From the NCBI GenBank assembly GCA_964363825.1, contig CAYIJR010000002.1, forward strand, positions 1-32,393: a DNA stretch of 32,393 bases, given 5' to 3'. The DNA comes from an uncultured Candidatus Saccharibacteria bacterium. GTDB taxonomy: Bacteria; Patescibacteriota; Minisyncoccia; Minisyncoccales; Staskawiczbacteraceae. The translations under genes and the position numbers were made by a program. The notes under the pieces are model-generated. The model worked only from the letters and a program-made list of their open reading frames with translations, was not told where the DNA came from and searched no databases. Each line of letters begins with the position of its first letter. Position 1 is the first letter of the stretch. Positions 16,461-24,890 of this stretch are shown here, in pieces.

Positions 16461-17060
16461 ATGCAAAAGAAACACAGGATTTTTATTGCCATCAATTTTC
16501 CATCCGAGGTTAAAAAGTATTTGGCAAAGTTCCAAGAAAGATGGGCGGAGCTTCCGGCAAAGTGGGCGAGTGCCGAAAATTTGCATATCACCATGGTTTT
16601 TCTGGGAGACTTGACCGACCAAGAACTGGGCGAAGTTTGTATGGCTACAAAAGAAGTTGTAAAAAACTGCAACTCTTTTGATATTAATTTAAATAAAGTG
16701 AGTTACGGACCCGACGACAAAATTCCGCCGCGCATGGTGTGGGTCGGCGGAGGAAAAAATAAAGAATTGTCTTTGTTAAAGAAAAATTTAGAAGAGTCGT
16801 TATTGGGTAAAATAAATTTTAAATTAGAAGAAAGGTTATTCAACCCCCACGTTACATTGGCAAGGATTAGCACGTTTTTATGGCGGCAGATTGAGCCGGA
16901 AGAACGGCCGGAAGTTGCCGAAAATATTGACGTGAGTTTTACCGTGGAATCCATTGAAGTCATGGAGTCAGAATTAAAACGCAGCGGCCTGCCTGCGCCG
17001 AGCTCTGCGCGGCAGGCAGGCCCGCAATACATTACCATTGAATCGCATCAGCTTCAATAG
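16461..17060 (+). CDS. thpR: RNA 2',3'-cyclic phosphodiesterase / 2'-5' RNA ligase family (2H phosphoesterase)
   Basis: Two HxT/S motifs, HITMVFLG and HVTLAR. 199 aa. Confidence 0.8.
   Translation: MQKKHRIFIAINFPSEVKKYLAKFQERWAELPAKWASAENLHITMVFLGDLTDQELGEVCMATKEVVKNCNSFDINLNKVSYGPDDKIPPRMVWVGGGKNKELSLLKKNLEESLLGKINFKLEERLFNPHVTLARISTFLWRQIEPEERPEVAENIDVSFTVESIEVMESELKRSGLPAPSSARQAGPQYITIESHQLQ
16986..17022. repeat. GC-rich palindrome lying in frame in the thpR 3' region
   Basis: ggcctgcctgc (16986-16996) pairs with gcaggcaggcc (17012-17022) around gcgc-c-gagctc-t-gcgc. It encodes GLPAPSSARQAG. Confidence 0.8.
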
Positions 17061-17081
17061 TATAATAAAAGTGCAAGAAGT

Positions 17082-17111
17082 ACATCTCTAATTCGCGCGA
17101 ATTAGAGATGT
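17082..17111. promoter_or_regulatory. Perfect 30-bp palindrome upstream of the ArsR-family gene (candidate operator)
   Basis: acatctctaattcgc/gcgaattagagatgt. It sits 29 nt before ATG 17140. No T-run follows. Confidence 0.5.
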
Positions 17112-17139
17112 GTTAAATGGGGTTAAATTCATTAAAGTT

Positions 17140-17412
17140 ATGGATAAAATAAAGGGAGTAGAAAAAGTACTTAAAGTTTTGGCTAATAAAAGAAGGTTAG
17201 CGATTATTAAATATTTAAAGAAAAGTAAAGAAGCGAAAGTGGGGGATATCTCAGAAGAAATTAAGCTTTCTTTCAAAGCGACTTCCAAACATTTAAATTT
17301 GCTTTTTAATGCTGATATTGTAGAAAAAGAGCAAAGGAGTCTCCAAATGTGGTATAAACTTTCACCAAGCCTGAATCATATATCAAAATATATCTCTAAT
17401 TCGCTCGAATAA
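17140..17412 (+). CDS. ArsR/SmtB-family winged-helix transcriptional regulator
   Basis: LKVLANKRRLAIIKYLKKSKEAKVGDISEEIKLSFKATSKHLNLL fits the ArsR HTH pattern. ATG 17140 is preferred to the track start 17110, which lies in the palindrome. Confidence 0.75.
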   Translation: MDKIKGVEKVLKVLANKRRLAIIKYLKKSKEAKVGDISEEIKLSFKATSKHLNLLFNADIVEKEQRSLQMWYKLSPSLNHISKYISNSLE

Positions 17413-17453
17413 GGGTATATGATTTTTATACTCTGTTAAAACTATAATTAAGA

Positions 17454-18734
17454 ATGAAAATCCACTTTATTGGCATTGGCGGAATCGGTATGTCTTCATT
17501 GGCGCAGTATTACTTTGAAAAAGGCCACGAAATCAGTGGCTCTGATTTGGCTGAGTCGGAAGTGACGGATTTTTTGAAAAATAAGGGCGTAAAAATTTTA
17601 ATAGGAAATAATGCAGAAAATATAAAAAAAGAGGTTGATTTAATTATTTACAGCCCCGCAGTGCCCAAAGACAATGCCGAGTTGCTACAAGCTAAAAGCT
17701 ACAAGCTAAAAACTAAAAGCTACCCGGAAGCACTCGGCGAACTGACAAAAAATTATTTTACCATTGCGGTTTCGGGCAGCCACGGCAAAAGCACCGCAAC
17801 GGCAATGCTTGGCTTGGCATTAATCAAAGCCGGGCTTGACCCGACGGTTATTGTTGGCACGCGGCTGAAGGAATTTTCCAATAGCAATTTTAGAATGGGA
17901 GGGGGTAAGTATTTGGTAATTGAAGCATGTGAATACGATGGGTCATTTTTAAATTACTCGCCAAAAATAGTTGTGGTAACCAATGTGGACAAAGAACACT
18001 TGGATTATTTTAAAACGTTTGCCAATGTTAAAAAAACCTTCAAAGATTTTATTGTGCGATTGCCGAAAGACGGATTTTTAGTATTTAACAGCGATGATAA
18101 AAATTTGAGGAAAATTTCCCGCGGGAAATTTTCCGCCGTGCCGTATTCGTTGGGACAACAAGAAGCCAAAAAAATAAAAAAAATCTTGCAAATTCCCGGC
18201 CGGCACAACGTGTCAAATGCGTTGGCAGTTTTGACAGTAGCCAGGATTTTAAAAATTCCAGATAATATTACTCTTGAATCAATTTCTCAATACCAAGGCA
18301 GCTGGCGGCGGTTTGAAATAATAAAAACTAAGCCCTACACGATTGTTTCAGACTATGCCCATCATCCCAATGAAATTTCAGCGACATTGAAAGCGGCGCG
18401 GGAAAAATATCCCAAGCAAAAAATATGGCTGATTTTCCAGCCGCATCAATACCAACGGACTTTTTATTTATTCAAAGATTTTGTGAAAGTTTTTAGGCAG
18501 GCAAAAATAGACGAAATTATTATTACTGATATTTATGATGTTGCCGGCAGGGAAGAACAAAAAATCAACCAAAGCGTCAATTCGAAAAAATTGGTAAAAA
18601 GCATCGGTAAAAAATATATAAGATACTTAAGTATTCTTGAAGCGGAAAAATTCGTGAAAGAAAATATCAAAATCGGGGAAGTGCTTGTAATAATGGGGGC
18701 GGGCGACGTATACAAACTTACGGATAAATTCTAA
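17454..18734 (+). CDS. murC: UDP-N-acetylmuramate--L-alanine ligase
   Basis: MKIHFIGIGGIGMSSLAQYY, P-loop VSGSHGKSTATAM, and DYAHHP. Confidence 0.9.
   Translation: MKIHFIGIGGIGMSSLAQYYFEKGHEISGSDLAESEVTDFLKNKGVKILIGNNAENIKKEVDLIIYSPAVPKDNAELLQAKSYKLKTKSYPEALGELTKNYFTIAVSGSHGKSTATAMLGLALIKAGLDPTVIVGTRLKEFSNSNFRMGGGKYLVIEACEYDGSFLNYSPKIVVVTNVDKEHLDYFKTFANVKKTFKDFIVRLPKDGFLVFNSDDKNLRKISRGKFSAVPYSLGQQEAKKIKKILQIPGRHNVSNALAVLTVARILKIPDNITLESISQYQGSWRRFEIIKTKPYTIVSDYAHHPNEISATLKAAREKYPKQKIWLIFQPHQYQRTFYLFKDFVKVFRQAKIDEIIITDIYDVAGREEQKINQSVNSKKLVKSIGKKYIRYLSILEAEKFVKENIKIGEVLVIMGAGDVYKLTDKF
18049..18060 (+). repeat. One-mismatch copy of the word (TTATTGTGCGAT) inside murC, read F-I-V-R-L
   Basis: 11 of 12 match the core. 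Confidence 0.7.
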
Positions 18735-18768
18735 AAAAAAGCAAAGCTGGGTGGCTTCGCTTTGTGCA

Positions 18769-18972
18769 CTAACGACTGACAGTTTTGTAAAATGTTTTTT
18801 CCGGATGATCGGATATCCGTTCGTTGCCGTATGAATTTTTATTCAACTCTTCTCGGCATGGACCGCAAAAACCGTCACCTGGTTTTCTTTTTCTACTACA
18901 TCCGTCGGAGTTGCATTGATCATCGGATGATTTTTTATTAATATTTATTTTAATCATCGCTCTTTTTTTCAT
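18769..18972 (-). CDS. Small Cys-containing hypothetical protein (67 aa from the ATG at 18972)
   Basis: AGGAG lies 8 nt upstream of MKKRAMIKIN. Contains CNSDGC...CGPC. Antisense to its neighbours. Confidence 0.4.
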   Translation of the reverse strand: MKKRAMIKININKKSSDDQCNSDGCSRKRKPGDGFCGPCREELNKNSYGNERISDHPEKTFYKTVSR

Positions 18973-19088
18973 TTTAGATTCTCCTAAAAAAGTTTTCAAA
19001 AGGGCAGTTGATGAATAATATATAATTTTTCCCTCACTGTCAATTATGCACTTTTAAAATTCCAAAATATGAGTATAATAGGTTGAAT

Positions 19089-20285
19089 ATGGCAGAAATT
19101 AAACCACAAACAGTAGAAGATATTCTAAGCAGGGGAGTCCAGGAGGTTATTGTAAGGGAGGATTTAAAGAAAAAATTGCTCTCGGGCAATAAATTGAGGG
19201 TGTATTTTGGCGTTGATCCGACAGGCAGCCAGCTACATTTGGGGCACGCGGTCGTGCTGCGGAAATTGAAAGCATTATCTGATTTGGGCCATGAAGTGAT
19301 TCTTTTGATTGGAGATTTTACGGCTAAAATCGGCGACCCTTCGGGTAGGGATGCCATGAGAGTTCCACTTTCTGACAAGCAAATAAAAGAAAATATGAAA
19401 GATTACAAAAAACAGGCTACGAAAATTTTAGATTTTTCAAAAGTTAAAATAAAATATAATTCACAATGGCTGGCAAAATTACAACTCGCAGATATTTTAC
19501 AGTTATCCTCCTATTTTACAGTTCAACAAATGTTACATCGCGATATGTTTGACAAACGAATAAAAGAAAATAAGGCAATAAGTTTAAGTGAATTTATGTA
19601 TCCGTTAATGCAGGGATATGATTCTGTGGCTATGGATGTTGATTTGGAAATTGGCGGGAATGATCAAATGTTTAATATGTTAATGGGTAGAATGTTGCAA
19701 AAAACATATGGTAGTAAAAAAGACAAGGATATTTTAACAACGAAGCTTTTACCCGGAATTGATGGGCGGAAGATGAGTAAAACCTATAATAACGCGATTT
19801 ACTTAACTGATGAACCAAATGATATGTATGGCAAAATAATGTCTATTAAAGACGAATTGATTTCAGATTATGCAGAGCTTTGCACGGATTTAGATTTGCA
19901 AGAAATTAAAAAAATGCCCAATCCGCGGGATCAAAAGGCAATGCTGGCAAAAGAGGTTGTGAAAATGTATCATGGGGAGAAGGCGGCCGTTCAAGCGGCG
20001 GAAAATTTTGATAAAATTTTCCGCCGGCACGACACGCCCTCTGAAATGCCGATTTTTGAAACCTCGCGCCAAAATTACCCCATTTTAGACTTATTGTGCG
20101 ACAGCGGTCTGGCTGAATCAAAAAATGATGCCAAAAGGGTTATTGAAGGCGGAGGCGTAACCGTCATTGCGAGCGGAGCGAAGCAATCCCTAAAAGTTAC
20201 AGATTGGCGGGAAGAAATAAAAATTGAGGATGGAATGATTATTCAATTCGGCAAAAGAAAGTTTGTAAAAGTTAAATTAAGGTAG
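19089..20285 (+). CDS. tyrS: Tyrosine--tRNA ligase
   Basis: HLGHAV (HIGH), KMSKT (KMSKS), and a C-terminal S4-like domain. Confidence 0.92.
   Translation: MAEIKPQTVEDILSRGVQEVIVREDLKKKLLSGNKLRVYFGVDPTGSQLHLGHAVVLRKLKALSDLGHEVILLIGDFTAKIGDPSGRDAMRVPLSDKQIKENMKDYKKQATKILDFSKVKIKYNSQWLAKLQLADILQLSSYFTVQQMLHRDMFDKRIKENKAISLSEFMYPLMQGYDSVAMDVDLEIGGNDQMFNMLMGRMLQKTYGSKKDKDILTTKLLPGIDGRKMSKTYNNAIYLTDEPNDMYGKIMSIKDELISDYAELCTDLDLQEIKKMPNPRDQKAMLAKEVVKMYHGEKAAVQAAENFDKIFRRHDTPSEMPIFETSRQNYPILDLLCDSGLAESKNDAKRVIEGGGVTVIASGAKQSLKVTDWREEIKIEDGMIIQFGKRKFVKVKLR
20090..20103 (+). repeat. Copy of the word CTTATTGTGCGACA inside tyrS (read L-L-C-D-S)
   Basis: Exact core. Confidence 0.9.
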
Positions 20286-20287
20286 GT

Positions 20288-20740
20288 ATGGAACTTGCTG
20301 AATTCCTAATAAAAGCAAAAAAGAATACCTATGCCAGCAGTGGAGAAGGCGGAGAAAGAAAATTAGAAAACGGCGGCAGGGAATTAATATATAAAGAAGG
20401 CGGATATAAATACGTAGATACTTATTTTGGATTCGACCCGTTTATCGGCCAGGAAGTAGTTTCAAAAGATGGAAAAGTTATTTGGGTGATGGATTACTGG
20501 GGACTCATTCGTGACAATGCCGTTGATCCCAAAGAAGTTTATAAATTTTTGAAAAAAGCATTAATGCAGCCCGATTTAATAGTTCCATTACGCGGACCAG
20601 ATTATTTTGAAGAAGGGGATTTCACGTATCATTTGAGTGGTGGTGGGGCTATAGACTTATATTTCCAAAAAGTTGAGAGTATAGGTTATAAGGGGAAAAG
20701 AGTCTATGAGGGTCAATGTTTTGGCGGTGTGCCTAAGTAA
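20288..20740 (+). CDS. Hypothetical protein, pattern resembles the DUF5680 family
   Basis: FLIKAKKNTYASSG...LIYKEGGYKYVDTYFGFDPFIGQEVV...WVMDYWG. The family assignment is from memory and was not searched. Confidence 0.5.
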   Translation: MELAEFLIKAKKNTYASSGEGGERKLENGGRELIYKEGGYKYVDTYFGFDPFIGQEVVSKDGKVIWVMDYWGLIRDNAVDPKEVYKFLKKALMQPDLIVPLRGPDYFEEGDFTYHLSGGGAIDLYFQKVESIGYKGKRVYEGQCFGGVPK

Positions 20741-20756
20741 ATAGGTAAATAAAAAT

Positions 20757-20945
20757 ATGGCAAGATTTTTAATTTCAGAGGGGGTAAAAAAAGCCCAAAA
20801 AAAACAAGACGATATTTTTAAAAAAATGACTACTGAACAAAAATTAACTATGACAGGCCAGCTTTTTGAACTTGGGAAAACATTAAATGCGCTAAACGAC
20901 CGGAGAAAAAATGGAGATAACAGCTTTTCTCGTAAAAATAGCTAA
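20757..20945 (+). CDS. Small hypothetical protein (62 aa), overlaps the next gene by 35 nt
   Basis: ATG start. Helical, Lys-rich. Possible partner of the downstream NTase. Confidence 0.4.
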   Translation: MARFLISEGVKKAQKKQDDIFKKMTTEQKLTMTGQLFELGKTLNALNDRRKNGDNSFSRKNS

Positions 20946-21471
20946 GATACTGGACCAGCTTGGCATACCTTATGCTATTACCGGAGGCATGGCGGTTTCT
21001 GTCTGGGGAAGGGTGCGCCATACTGCCGATGTTGATATTATTGTTGAGTTGGCGCCTAAAAATATCAAAGACTTGGTTCAAGAATTAATGAAATTTGATA
21101 AAGATGTGTATGTTTCAAAGGAGGCAATTATAGAAGCATTAAAACATAAAGGTGAATTTAATTTTATTGACCCAAATACCCGGTTAAAAGCCGACTTCTG
21201 GATTGTAAAAGATTACTTTGCCGAAGAAGAAATAAAACGGGCGGTTGCCAAAGACATCCAGGGCTATAAGGTCAATTTCGTCTGTCCTGAAGATTTGATT
21301 TTAAGCAAACTTTTGTGGTATAAGACAACCGAATCAACTCGCCAGCTTGAAGACATAGAATCAGTGATAAGTATTTCAGAAGTTGACTTGCCGTATCTTC
21401 GCGAAACGGCCCAGAGGCAGGACAGTTTACAATTATTAGAAACTTTAATTAAAAAAGTAGGAGAAAAGTAA
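20911..21471 (+). CDS. Nucleotidyltransferase-fold protein (GG...R.T.D.D motif; AbiEii/DUF6036-like)
   Basis: PYAITGGMAVSVWGRVRHTADVDIIV. GGAG lies 6 nt upstream of the ATG. Confidence 0.55.
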   Translation: MEITAFLVKIAKILDQLGIPYAITGGMAVSVWGRVRHTADVDIIVELAPKNIKDLVQELMKFDKDVYVSKEAIIEALKHKGEFNFIDPNTRLKADFWIVKDYFAEEEIKRAVAKDIQGYKVNFVCPEDLILSKLLWYKTTESTRQLEDIESVISISEVDLPYLRETAQRQDSLQLLETLIKKVGEK

Positions 21472-21472
21472 C

Positions 21473-22804
21473 ATGCAAAGATTTTTAATAACGGAGGCAA
21501 TAAAGCATATAGGCGAGAAGGTCAAGGTGGCCGGGTGGGTGAATGTCCGCCGGGCGCACGGCAAAATAATTTTTATTGACCTGCGCGACAAGAGCGGTAT
21601 TTTGCAGTGCGTTTTCGTGCCGTCCAATAAAAATGCTTACGAGGCGGTTGGAGAGGTAAGGACTGAATGGGTGGTGGAATTGACAGGCCAAATTGTCAAA
21701 AGGCCGGAGAATATGGTTAATAAAAATATTGAAAGCGGGATGGTTGAGCTTTCGGTTGAGGAGTTGAAAGTGTTGTCAAAAGCAGAGACTTCGCCAATTC
21801 CAGTGGGAGAAGAGGTTCCCGAAGAAACAGATATTGATAAAAGAATGGATTGGCGTTGGATTGATTTGCGTAAAAATAAGAATGCCCTGGTTTTTAAAGT
21901 GTGGACGCTCATGGAAGCCGCTTTTAGGCAATACTGGACTTCAAATAATTATATAGAAATACATTCTCCAAAACTTATTGCCACTGCCAGCGAATCGGGG
22001 GCAGAAGTTTTTGAAGTAAAATATTTTAAAACAAAAGCATATCTTGCCCAGAGCCCGCAATTTTATAAGCAAATGGCTATGGCGGCTGGATTTGAAAAAG
22101 TTTTTGAAGTAGGCCCGGTTTTTCGCGCCGAACCCTCGTTCACTTCCCGCCATGCCACTGAATTCACCGGTTATGATGCGGAAATTTCTTTTATTGATTC
22201 CCATTATGATGTGATGGAAGAAGAAGAGAGGATGATTGCTTTTGGGTTACAAAAAGTAAAAGAAACTTACGGCGAAGAGATTAAAAAAGAATTTAACAGA
22301 GAAGTTATTGTCCCATCTATTCCATTTCCCAAAATATCAATGAAAGAAGCAAAAAATATTCTTTCAAGTCGCGGCGTTCACAGTGATAAAGAAGGGGATT
22401 TGTCTCCGGAAGAAGAAAGAGGCTTGAGCGAATATGTGAAAGAAAAACAGGGGCATGAATTTGTATTTGTTACAGAATATCCGGTAAGCGTAAGGCCGTT
22501 TTATCATATGCATGATGAGAAGGACCCATCGCTAACCAAAAGTTTTGACCTGCTTTGGAATGGCCTTGAAATCACCACGGGCGCCCAAAGAGAGCATCGG
22601 TATGATATTTTAAAAGCACAGGCAAAAGCAAAAAAGGTGAATATAAAAAATTTGCAATTTTATTTAGATTTTTTCAAGTATGGTTGCCCGCCTCACGGCG
22701 GTTATGGCATGGGGCCGAACAGAATGATTATGAAACTTTTCGGAATTGATAATGTCAGAGACGCCATGTTTGTTTACCGCGGTGTAAAAAGGCTAACGCC
22801 ATAG
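21473..22804 (+). CDS. aspS: Aspartate--tRNA ligase, archaeal/eukaryal type (class IIb, 443 aa)
   Basis: LAQSPQFYKQ, FRAEPSFTSRHATEF, and GGYGMGPNRM. Its short length lacks the bacterial insertion domain. Confidence 0.85.
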   Translation: MQRFLITEAIKHIGEKVKVAGWVNVRRAHGKIIFIDLRDKSGILQCVFVPSNKNAYEAVGEVRTEWVVELTGQIVKRPENMVNKNIESGMVELSVEELKVLSKAETSPIPVGEEVPEETDIDKRMDWRWIDLRKNKNALVFKVWTLMEAAFRQYWTSNNYIEIHSPKLIATASESGAEVFEVKYFKTKAYLAQSPQFYKQMAMAAGFEKVFEVGPVFRAEPSFTSRHATEFTGYDAEISFIDSHYDVMEEEERMIAFGLQKVKETYGEEIKKEFNREVIVPSIPFPKISMKEAKNILSSRGVHSDKEGDLSPEEERGLSEYVKEKQGHEFVFVTEYPVSVRPFYHMHDEKDPSLTKSFDLLWNGLEITTGAQREHRYDILKAQAKAKKVNIKNLQFYLDFFKYGCPPHGGYGMGPNRMIMKLFGIDNVRDAMFVYRGVKRLTP

Positions 22805-22812
22805 TTAAATGT

Positions 22813-23763
22813 ATGAATTTCTACCAAGTGTTAAAAAGTATTGTAGTGCTTTTGCTCTTCGTCTTAGGATCGGCAAGCGTTTTTTATTCAGTGGATGTGT
22901 TTGCAAAAAGTCTGGGCGATTTTTTTTACCAAAAAGCCGCCGCCAGCGCTTCATATAGTTTTCAGCCCGAATGGGTAAACGGTCAAGTTTCAGCAATTCA
23001 GCAAAAAGAAACAACAAGCATTGATTCAGAATCCTTTATTTCAGTCAGGGCGCAGGATAATCAATATAATATTTTATTCAGCAAAAATGAGCAAGAGAGA
23101 TTGCCAATAGCCAGTTTGACAAAATTAATGGCCACTATCATTGTTTTGGATAATTATGATTTGGATAAAAAGGTAACCATAAGCGATGCAGCAATAGCCC
23201 AAGAGGGCGAGCAAGGAAATTTAAAGATGGGGGAAGTGATGTCAGTAAAAAATCTTTTATATATCACACTAATTGAATCCAGCAACCGGGCGGCTTTTGC
23301 CCTTTCCGAGGTTGTGGGGCCGGAAAAATTTATTGGCTTGATGAATAAGAAAGCAAAGGAAGTAGGCCTGGCCAATACCCATTTTGAAGACAGCACTGGG
23401 CTTTCAGAAAAGTCTTATTCCAGCGCGGAAGATTTGGTCGAACTTTCAATTTACTTATTTGATAATTATCCGTTATTCAGAGAAATTGTGAACCTGAAAG
23501 AATTTGACCTTTATGTAAACGGCAAACTGCACCACAAACTCGTTAGCACCAACAAGTTTTTGGGCGAGATTACCGATGTTGTTGGCGGCAAAACCGGCTG
23601 GACGATTTTTTCTAAAGGATGTTTTATGGTAATACAGCAAACTCCGGGCAGCCATAGTTATTTTGTAAATGTTATTTTGGGGGCTAATGACCGTTTTTTA
23701 GAAATGCAAAAATTAATTGATTGGGTCAATATAAATTCAAATGATCACAACTCTTACCTTTAA
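22813..23763 (+). CDS. D-alanyl-D-alanine carboxypeptidase (peptidase S11 / PBP5-like)
   Basis: SLTK (SxxK), SSN (SxN), KTGWT (KTG), and an N-terminal signal/TM segment. Confidence 0.8.
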   Translation: MNFYQVLKSIVVLLLFVLGSASVFYSVDVFAKSLGDFFYQKAAASASYSFQPEWVNGQVSAIQQKETTSIDSESFISVRAQDNQYNILFSKNEQERLPIASLTKLMATIIVLDNYDLDKKVTISDAAIAQEGEQGNLKMGEVMSVKNLLYITLIESSNRAAFALSEVVGPEKFIGLMNKKAKEVGLANTHFEDSTGLSEKSYSSAEDLVELSIYLFDNYPLFREIVNLKEFDLYVNGKLHHKLVSTNKFLGEITDVVGGKTGWTIFSKGCFMVIQQTPGSHSYFVNVILGANDRFLEMQKLIDWVNINSNDHNSYL

Positions 23764-24805
23764 CGTGATAAAAGTTTTGGGCATATCAGCTTTGGCTTCG
23801 GGCATCGCCATTTTATGGTGCCCATTGCTGATTGATTTTTTATATAAGCACAAGCTTTGGAAAAAAGAAGCTCGCTTAAAAGCCATAAGCGGGGAAGATG
23901 CAGTCGTTTTTAATTCGCTTCATAAAGAAAGGGAAACCAAAGTTCCCAGATTCGGCGGGATTTTAATTCTGGTCACAACTGTTTTTGTTGTTTTTGCTTT
24001 TTATATTATTTCTTTAATTTTTCCCGACAGTTTTTTTGCCGGTTTTAATTTTTTGTCAAGAAGCCAGACATGGCTGCCGCTTGCCACATTTATTGTGGCA
24101 TCTTTAGCTGGGCTTTTTGACGACATTCTGGTTGTTTCTTCGCTTGGGAAATACATAGGAGGGGGGATTTCATTTAAAAAAAGGCTTTTGACGGTTTTGG
24201 TAATAGGACTGGTGGGAGCAATTTGGTTTTATTCAAAGTTGGGATGGGATACAATCAGCATTCCATTGCTTGGGCATTTTTCAATTGGCATTTGGTACAT
24301 CCCCTTTTTTGTTTTGGTTATGGTTGCCTGCTGGGCAGGAGGCGTCATTGATGGCTTAGATGGTTTAGCCGGCGGGTCATTCGCCTCAATTTTTGGAGCT
24401 TTTACAATTATTTCTTTTGCGCAAGGTAAAGTTGACCTCGCCACTTTTTGCGCGGTTATCACGGGAACCTTATTTTCATTTTTATGGTTTAATATCCCAC
24501 CGGCCAGATTTTACATGTCAGAAGTGGGCATTTTGGGTTTGACGACCACGTTGTCGGTGGTGGCATTTTTGACCGACTCTGTTTTCGTCTTGCCTATAAT
24601 TGCAGGTCTTTTGGTGCTGGAAGTAGGGTCTGTGATTTTGCAGCTTCTATCAAAAAAATTCCGCCATAAAAAAATATTCCTTTCTACGCCCATACACCAC
24701 CATTTTGAAGCCATTGGCTGGCCGGCATATAAAGTTGTTATGAGAGCTTGGATTGTGGGCATTGTGCTGGCAATTATCGGCGTAGTTATAAAACTTTTAG
24801 GATAA
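23741..24805 (+). CDS. mraY: Phospho-N-acetylmuramoyl-pentapeptide transferase
   Basis: DGLDGLAGG and STPIHHHFEAIGW. Polytopic membrane profile. Confidence 0.9.
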   Translation: MITTLTFNVIKVLGISALASGIAILWCPLLIDFLYKHKLWKKEARLKAISGEDAVVFNSLHKERETKVPRFGGILILVTTVFVVFAFYIISLIFPDSFFAGFNFLSRSQTWLPLATFIVASLAGLFDDILVVSSLGKYIGGGISFKKRLLTVLVIGLVGAIWFYSKLGWDTISIPLLGHFSIGIWYIPFFVLVMVACWAGGVIDGLDGLAGGSFASIFGAFTIISFAQGKVDLATFCAVITGTLFSFLWFNIPPARFYMSEVGILGLTTTLSVVAFLTDSVFVLPIIAGLLVLEVGSVILQLLSKKFRHKKIFLSTPIHHHFEAIGWPAYKVVMRAWIVGIVLAIIGVVIKLLG

Positions 24806-24810
24806 CTAAA

Positions 24811-24846
24811 CTAGTAAGGCAACTAGTAAGGCTAAGCCTTACTAGT
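24811..24846 (+). terminator. Word-repeat hairpin terminator after mraY
   Basis: ctagtaaggc is a direct copy at 24811-20. Then actagtaaggc (24822-32) pairs with gccttactagt (24836-46). T-rich downstream. Confidence 0.6.
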
Positions 24847-24890
24847 AAACTGGCTTGTGGATTTTTTATTTTTATGCCAAAATAAGTACC

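Noticed and set aside
17684-17723. Tandem 14-mer GCTACAAGCTAAAA x 2 plus a partial copy inside murC.
   Set aside because: The encoded segment (LQAKSYKLKTKSY) has the same length as the corresponding MurC region in other bacteria. So this is a local low-complexity duplication, not an insertion or frameshift.
19000-19088. T-box leader upstream of tyrS.
   Set aside because: Only about 90 nt of AT-rich spacer is available. There are no specifier or T-box-like conserved elements, and a TATAAT lies only 10 nt before the start.
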